A stretch of 64,000 nucleotides of DNA from a bacterium. Lineage in GTDB: Bacteria > Spirochaetota > Spirochaetia > Treponematales > Treponemataceae. The notes under the pieces were generated by a model. The model saw only the letters and a list, made by a program, of their open reading frames with translations, was not told where the DNA came from and made no database searches. Shown piece by piece: positions 58,345 to 64,000 of this stretch (the stretch's first letter is position 1; each line of letters begins with the position of its first letter). The DNA is taken from contig CAVDRA010000001.1 in NCBI GenBank assembly GCA_963611155.1, forward strand, positions 590-64,589, in the 5' to 3' direction. The position numbers were made by a program, and so were the translations under genes.

Positions 58345-59121
58345 ATGTCAACAACTTTGGAAAACATCTCCACTCTGGAAAACAGCTCATCTAAAGTGAG
58401 CGTAACTCTCCGGAAAAACAACCTTTCCGGCAAGCAGACGTTCTGCGCAACGGTTACAAGAAACGTAGCCAGTTTCAGGAATATTCTTTCAGAAATTGCC
58501 GAGGACAACAAAGGAATGGATCCTTATATGCTCCAGTTTGCGTCAATTTTAATGCAGAAAAAAATCTTAAAACTTCTTGAGCAGGGAAAAGCGGTAAATA
58601 TTCTTGACCTTGGAGTTATGTACATTGCGGCAAAATGCAATGCGCAGACAAAGACAGAAGCCGCCGCGACAGCAGAGTTCTGCATAAGATTTTCGCCTAC
58701 GGCTCTTGCAGAAACAGCAATAGAGAATATTTCTCTCGACAAAATTGTGTTTTCCGACACTTCACCGGAAATAACAGGCATAGAAACACTGGCAGAAGCA
58801 GAGGACAAGTCTAAACTTATTACCGGCCAGCCTGCAAAAGTTTCCGGCTCAAGACTCAAAATCGGCGGGGAAGAAAGCGGTGTGTTCTTTGCGCCATGCG
58901 ATGAATCCGGAAACGCTGCCGCTGATGAATCATTATGGAAACAAGTTCCTGAAGGACAGATTTTCCGAAACAAGCCTACGGAACTGAACTTTTTTGTTCC
59001 GTCTCTTGAAGAAGGCGAATTCAGGATAGTTTTAAGAACACGTTATCTAAGCAGCACCACAACAAGAAAAGACTTGCTTGAAACAATAAGCGGCAAGATA
59101 ACTGTAATAAAAAACACCTGA
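58345..59121 (+). CDS. HU-like DNA-binding domain protein with C-terminal Ig-like DUF4469 domain
   Basis: N-terminal HU-like fold (LLEQGKAVNILDLG...IRFSP); C-terminal GSRLKIGG...GVFF...NKPTELNFFVP.L..GEF.I..RTRY. Confidence 0.7.
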   Translation: MSTTLENISTLENSSSKVSVTLRKNNLSGKQTFCATVTRNVASFRNILSEIAEDNKGMDPYMLQFASILMQKKILKLLEQGKAVNILDLGVMYIAAKCNAQTKTEAAATAEFCIRFSPTALAETAIENISLDKIVFSDTSPEITGIETLAEAEDKSKLITGQPAKVSGSRLKIGGEESGVFFAPCDESGNAAADESLWKQVPEGQIFRNKPTELNFFVPSLEEGEFRIVLRTRYLSSTTTRKDLLETISGKITVIKNT

Positions 59122-59136
59122 CAAAAGCGTAAACTG

Positions 59137-59190
59137 AATAAAAGCGGTGTTTAGAGCATCATAAAAAATGCCCGCAACACCGCTTTTATT
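59137..59190 (+). terminator. Intrinsic terminator-like long hairpin
   Basis: AATAAAAGCGGTGTT...AACACCGCTTTTATT. Confidence 0.65.
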
Positions 59191-59428
59191 TTCTAAAAAA
59201 ACTCTGCAAATTCATTTTCTTGTTCTTGTAAAATCTTACAGGCTACAAACCGCAAAAAATAAAACTACGCTGCCGATAAAATACATAGCAAAAAAGCTTT
59301 ATAAATGACAATCGTTAGTTATAAAACACAGCAAAATCTTAAATTTTACATTGCCAATCATTTTTTTTTAACAAACCTTAGTTAGATTAATCACAAACGA
59401 ACGCTTGTCAGTTTAAAAATTAAAAATA

Positions 59429-59444
59429 TGTTTCATATGAAACA
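59429..59444. promoter_or_regulatory. parS site 1
   Basis: TGTTTCATATGAAACA, 14/16 match to consensus TGTTTCACGTGAAACA, inside a 30-bp perfect palindrome (59422-59451). Confidence 0.75.
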
Positions 59445-59447
59445 TAT

Positions 59448-59496
59448 TTTTCCACATTTTGTTTAAAAAATGTGGAAAAATAAAAAGTTTTCCACA
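59448..59496. promoter_or_regulatory. Three DnaA-box-like 9-mers (TTTTCCACA)
   Basis: 59448-59456 (+), 59471-59479 (-), 59488-59496 (+); each one mismatch from TTATCCACA. Confidence 0.55.
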
Positions 59497-59497
59497 T

Positions 59498-59513
59498 TGT
59501 TTCATGAGAAACA
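59498..59513. promoter_or_regulatory. parS site 2
   Basis: TGTTTCATGAGAAACA, 14/16 match to consensus. Confidence 0.65.
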
Positions 59514-59793
59514 ATGTATATGGCAATCAAATAAAAACATTTATTGAAATTCACAAAAAATCAGGCAGGATATTCAGCTTTAATAAAAAACAATTCAAAC
59601 AGTATCTTGCTCAATCCCCTTTCAAGGACCGCACGTGTTAGAATAAATGCAAACGAAATCTTTAGATATGCCTCTCTGCTATTCATATTTGACATTTCCC
59701 ATAAAAAAAACATCCGGGTATTTATTGAAAACTCGAATTTAATTCTAATAAAATTTTCTTTGATAAAAATATACAGATAGAAGACAATATTGC

Positions 59794-59809
59794 TGTTTCA
59801 TGTGAAACG
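59794..59809. promoter_or_regulatory. parS site 3
   Basis: TGTTTCATGTGAAACG, 14/16 match to consensus. Confidence 0.75.
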
Positions 59810-60083
59810 GTTTTTACGCAGACAGACAAAAATTATAATTTTTGGTCATATAAATAATAGCAGAATAGGAAAAAAGTTTTTTAATCGAAAATAAAAAAAG
59901 AATAAAAGGTTTCAGATACGAATAAATAAAAAAAACCGGAAAAATCGCTTTGATTTTCCCGGTTTATAATGGATTAACTAAAATTCTCTGCAATATTTTA
60001 TTTTGCAAACTTCACATGATAAACAGACAAGCTACAACCTTTTGAATGACGCACAATCAATTCAAGGAATCCGAAAAAGCATA

Positions 60084-62612
60084 TCAGCTATTTTCTTTTT
60101 CATCTGAATTATCCTGGGCAACGCTGTCAAATCCCACAAGATAATCTGGAGAATCAACATTTATCACTCTCGCTCCAGAAGAATTTCTTCCCTGTTTTGA
60201 AATTGTGTCAGCTTTAACACGGAGCGTTTTCCCCTGCCCTGTCATGCAGATAACCTCATCCTGTTCAGCTACAGCAATAGCGCCGATTATCTCTCCTTTG
60301 CCGTCAATATTTCCGAAGATCCGCTGTCCTGAAGTTCCGCGCCCGTGCTGACCGAATTCATTGAATTCAACACGCTTGCCGTATCCCTTCTCAGTTAAAA
60401 TCAGCGCATCTTTTGAGTTTTCGACTCTTATTGCAGCCGCAAGCTCATCTCCAGAGGAAAGACGAATTCCTGTTATTCCTCCGCTTGCCCTTCCCATCTG
60501 TCTTACCTCGGCCTCGTTTATACGCAAAGCTTGTCCTCTACGCGTTACAAGCATAATTTCATCTTGACCACTAGACAAAATAGAAGACACCAATTCATCA
60601 TCATCTTTAAGCTTTATAGCAATAACACCGCGGGTCTTAGCATTTGCGAATTCAGTTGTCGCGCATTTCTTCACAAAACCTTTTGCAGTCGCCATGAAAA
60701 TATACTGCTGATCAGTATAATCTTTCATTGTTACAATAGTCGTTATTTCCTCATCAGCTGAGAGCTGCAGCAAAGATTTTACGCTTGATCCACGGCTAGA
60801 GCGGCTTGCCTCCGGAATTTCGTGAACCTTTATCCAATATGCTTTTCCCTCGTTTGTAAGGAACGTTATGTAAGACTTTGTAGTTGCTATGAAAATCTGA
60901 TTGATATAGTCACCATCAACAAGATTTGCGCTGAGGCTTCCCTTTCCGCCACGGCTCTGAGCCTTATACTGCGTCAGAGGAACACGTTTGATATAGCCAA
61001 GCTTGGAAATCATAACAACGACTTCCTCTTCCTTAATCATATCCTCTGTGTTAATCTGCTCGACTTCATCCGCAACAATATCGGTTTTACGGTCATCACC
61101 ATATTTTTCAGCAAGCTCACTGGTCTCGTCTTTTATTATCTGGCGAATTTTCTCGTGATGGGCAAGCAAATCCTCAAGGTGCTCTATCAAAGCCTGAAGC
61201 TCTTTTATCTGGTTCTGCAGATCCTCCACAAGAAGATGCGTGAGACGCTTAAGAGGCATATCGACAATTGCCTGAGCCTGCTCCTCATCAAAGTCAAACC
61301 GCTTCTCAAGACGGAGCTTAGCCTCTTCTGTGTCACGGCTTGATTTTATGATTTGAATAACCTCGTCGATATTGTTGATTGCCGTAATCAAAGCCTGAAG
61401 AATCTTCATCTTGTGCTTTGCGACTTTCAAATCATAAATAGTCCTGCGGGTTATAACCTCATCACGATGATCAACAAAATACTGGATCAGCTGCTTTAAT
61501 GAAAGAATTTGCGGCTTAAGATAAATCTGCGGAAGCTGAAGCTGCGGCTCGTCATAGCGCAAACCAGAATCTTTTTTGACAGGAACGAGCGCAAGGTTTA
61601 TGACACCGAAATTTGACTGCAGGTCAGTTTTTGCGAAAAGCTGATTCAAGACAATCTTTGTGATCGCGTTCTTCTTCAAGTCAACAACAAGCCTCATTCC
61701 AACGCGGTCAGAAGTCTCATCATTCGCATCAGCAATTCCCTCGATAACCTTGTTGTCTTTAAGCTCGTTTATTCTCTTGATGATATTTGTCGTATTCACA
61801 CCGTAAGGAACCTCGGTGAATACGATTTTTTCATGTCCGCGCTTGTCGGTTTCGATCGTGAATTTAGAGCGGATTGTTATTTTCCCGCGGCCAGTCCTAT
61901 AAGCCTTTTTAATTCCCTCCCGCCCGTAAATTATTCCGCCTGTAGGAAAATCAGGACCTTTTATATGAGTCATTAGCTCATCAATGGAAATCTCAGGATT
62001 GTCGATATATGCGCTTATCGCCGCGGAAACCTCACGCAGGTTGTGTGTCGGCATATTGGTCGCCATTCCGACAGCGATTCCTGTAGTACCGTTGCAAAGA
62101 AGGAAAGGAAACTTCGCCGGCAACGCCGAAGGCTCGACTGTCGTATCATCAAAGTTAGGAATCATATCGACGGTTTCCTTATTGATGTCCGCCGTCATCT
62201 CCTCTGTTATTTTAGACATTTTTGCCTCAGTGTAACGGTAAGCGGCAGGCGGGTCGCCTGCAATTGTACCGAAATTTCCCTGAGGAGTTACTGTCGTATA
62301 ACGCTGCGCAAAATCCTGACCGAGACGAACCAAAGCATCATAAACAGAAGCATCTCCATGAGGATGATAATGTCCCAAGACTTCGCCGACAATAGTCGCG
62401 CATTTTTTTGTTTTTCCGCCGCTTGAAAGATTCAGCTTGTCCATCGCATACATAATTCTGCGGTGAACCGGCTTCAATCCGTCACGGACATCCGGCAAAG
62501 CACGCTGGACAATCACCGACATCGAATAGTCAATATAAGCCTGTTTTACTTCGTCCTCTATAGGAATTTTTATAACTATTCCGCCTTCTGGCGTTTTCTC
62601 TTCTTCCTGCAT
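60084..62612 (-). CDS. gyrA: DNA gyrase subunit A
   Basis: RALPDVRDGLKPVHRR, YHPHGD, AAYRYTEAK, GIAVGMAT, GyrA-box QSRGGKG and beta-pinwheel repeats. Confidence 0.96.
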   Translation of the reverse strand: MQEEEKTPEGGIVIKIPIEDEVKQAYIDYSMSVIVQRALPDVRDGLKPVHRRIMYAMDKLNLSSGGKTKKCATIVGEVLGHYHPHGDASVYDALVRLGQDFAQRYTTVTPQGNFGTIAGDPPAAYRYTEAKMSKITEEMTADINKETVDMIPNFDDTTVEPSALPAKFPFLLCNGTTGIAVGMATNMPTHNLREVSAAISAYIDNPEISIDELMTHIKGPDFPTGGIIYGREGIKKAYRTGRGKITIRSKFTIETDKRGHEKIVFTEVPYGVNTTNIIKRINELKDNKVIEGIADANDETSDRVGMRLVVDLKKNAITKIVLNQLFAKTDLQSNFGVINLALVPVKKDSGLRYDEPQLQLPQIYLKPQILSLKQLIQYFVDHRDEVITRRTIYDLKVAKHKMKILQALITAINNIDEVIQIIKSSRDTEEAKLRLEKRFDFDEEQAQAIVDMPLKRLTHLLVEDLQNQIKELQALIEHLEDLLAHHEKIRQIIKDETSELAEKYGDDRKTDIVADEVEQINTEDMIKEEEVVVMISKLGYIKRVPLTQYKAQSRGGKGSLSANLVDGDYINQIFIATTKSYITFLTNEGKAYWIKVHEIPEASRSSRGSSVKSLLQLSADEEITTIVTMKDYTDQQYIFMATAKGFVKKCATTEFANAKTRGVIAIKLKDDDELVSSILSSGQDEIMLVTRRGQALRINEAEVRQMGRASGGITGIRLSSGDELAAAIRVENSKDALILTEKGYGKRVEFNEFGQHGRGTSGQRIFGNIDGKGEIIGAIAVAEQDEVICMTGQGKTLRVKADTISKQGRNSSGARVINVDSPDYLVGFDSVAQDNSDEKENS

Positions 62613-62703
62613 TTATATTTCCCAAAAAAAACACGATGGCATGAGCCTGCAAAACCATCAGATTGCAAAAAAACCATCACGCAAGCTTAATGGCCATATG
62701 AAA

Positions 62704-64000
62704 TTAAATATCCAAATTTGCGTAGCTTGAGTTTGCCTCGATAAATTCACGCCGGGGCTCAACTTCCTCACCCATGCATACTGTGAAAATTTTATCGGCA
62801 GCTTCCGCATCAGGAACTGTGACAACCCTCATTCTCCGCCTTGCAGGATCCATTGTAGTCTCCCAAAGCTGCTCTCCATCCATCTCGCCAAGACCTTTAT
62901 ACCGCTGAACATCAGCCTTGTCACGCTGATCGCCAAGAGCAGCAAGAGCAGAATCCCGCTCCGCGTCAGAATAGCAATACACAGGCTCTTTCTTTCCAAG
63001 CTGAACCTTAAACAACGGAGGCATGGCAAGATACACATATCCGTGAGTGATAAGCTCAGGCATATATCTAAAAAAGAACGTCAGAAGCAGCGTGCGGATA
63101 TGAGAGCCGTCGACATCAGCATCCGCCATTATTATGATTTTATGGTAGCGAAGCTTTTCGATATTAAATTCTTTTCCGAATCCAGCTCCAAGAGTTCTTA
63201 TCACAGGATCAAGCTTGTCGTTTCCGATGACTTTAGACGCGTCAACTTTCTCGACGTTGAGCATTTTTCCCCACAATGGAAGAATTGCCTGAGTTTTTGA
63301 GTCTCTGCCCTTCTTCGCCGAACCGCCAGCCGAGTCTCCCTCAACAATGTACACTTCGCAGATCTCAGGATTATCTTTTATGGAGCAGTCAGAAAGCTTT
63401 TCCGGCTTTACAAAAGATCCTCCTATGGTCTTTTTCCTTGTGTTTTCTTTCGCCTTTCTGGCTGCAACACGCGCCTGGGCTTCTCCAAGCGCCTTTTCAA
63501 GAACCTTCTCCAAAACATTGGGATTCAGCTCAAAGAAGATTGTCAGCTTTTCCTTTACGAGAGAATCCACAATTCCGCGGACCTCTGGATTTCCAAGCTT
63601 ATCCTTTGTCTGGCCGACAAATTCCGGCTCTGGAACTTTCATCGAAAGAACAGCTACAAGACCTGCCCTTACATCATCTCCGGTCAAAGTCTCGTCTTTA
63701 TCAAGCTTCTTTTTTATTTTTTCATTAGCCTCAAAAGCTTTTTTCAGGACATAAAGCAAAGCAGACTTGAATCCGTCAAGATGAGTTCCTCCGTCGCCTG
63801 TGTGAATATCATTTACATAGGTATAGACAGATTCCGAATACTTGTCGTTGTACTGGAAAGCAAGCTCTGTAACAACTCCGTCTTTCTCGCCTGTGATATA
63901 GATAGGCTCTTCAGGATAATAAAATTTGCTTTTGACAGACTCATTCAGCTCTTTCACATAATGAACGATTCCGCCCTCATATTTCAGGATCTGCTCTTTA
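62704..64000 (-). CDS. gyrB: DNA gyrase subunit B, 3' part (5' end outside the window)
   Basis: GGTHLDGF, IVEGDSAGGSAK, PLWGKMLNV, IMADADVDGSHI, QRYKGLGEM..EQLWETTMDP. Confidence 0.95.
   Translation of the reverse strand, partial: KEQILKYEGGIVHYVKELNESVKSKFYYPEEPIYITGEKDGVVTELAFQYNDKYSESVYTYVNDIHTGDGGTHLDGFKSALLYVLKKAFEANEKIKKKLDKDETLTGDDVRAGLVAVLSMKVPEPEFVGQTKDKLGNPEVRGIVDSLVKEKLTIFFELNPNVLEKVLEKALGEAQARVAARKAKENTRKKTIGGSFVKPEKLSDCSIKDNPEICEVYIVEGDSAGGSAKKGRDSKTQAILPLWGKMLNVEKVDASKVIGNDKLDPVIRTLGAGFGKEFNIEKLRYHKIIIMADADVDGSHIRTLLLTFFFRYMPELITHGYVYLAMPPLFKVQLGKKEPVYCYSDAERDSALAALGDQRDKADVQRYKGLGEMDGEQLWETTMDPARRRMRVVTVPDAEAADKIFTVCMGEEVEPRREFIEANSSYANLDI

Noticed and set aside
1..64000. tRNA, rRNA, integrase or transposase genes
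   Set aside because: None recognised by eye; a tRNAscan-SE/Rfam/ISfinder run would be needed to exclude them formally.

Overview
A low-GC bacterial chromosomal segment, most likely from a gut/rumen Treponema (Spirochaetota). This is inferred from the archaeal/eukaryote-type PheT, LPP20 lipoprotein, HU-like/DUF4469 gene and overall gene content. Most of it is housekeeping: sppA, dus, Mrp/ApbC, malic enzyme, ettA, rpsU, argC, glgX-glgP, putP, purA, hrpB, argA, queH, pheT, yhbY, a heavy-metal ATPase with ArsR regulator, htpG and gyrB-gyrA, plus c-di-GMP genes (two tandem 7TM-GGDEF-EAL genes, one HD-GYP). There are two decayed accessory patches, at about 39.2-42.2 kb (hrpB to argA) and 55.4-59.1 kb (after htpG). 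The second holds the main signals, most of them missing from the ORF track. (i) A type III toxin-antitoxin cassette: promoter, three diverged 35-37 nt repeats whose differences are compensatory for an H-type pseudoknot, a terminator, and a frameshifted, truncated ToxN/AbiQ-family toxin. (ii) Convergent remnants resembling type IIG R-M specificity domains. (iii) An unexplained array of seven degenerate 22-bp tandem repeats in front of an XRE / HExxH-peptidase / HU-like gene set. Two families of dispersed structured palindromic elements recur in the window. The gap below gyrA carries three parS sites interleaved with three TTTTCCACA DnaA-box-like motifs, suggesting an origin-proximal location. 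A thioredoxin, a radical SAM enzyme and a DUF1848 gene are disrupted. All family assignments come from motif recognition by eye; no database searches were run.
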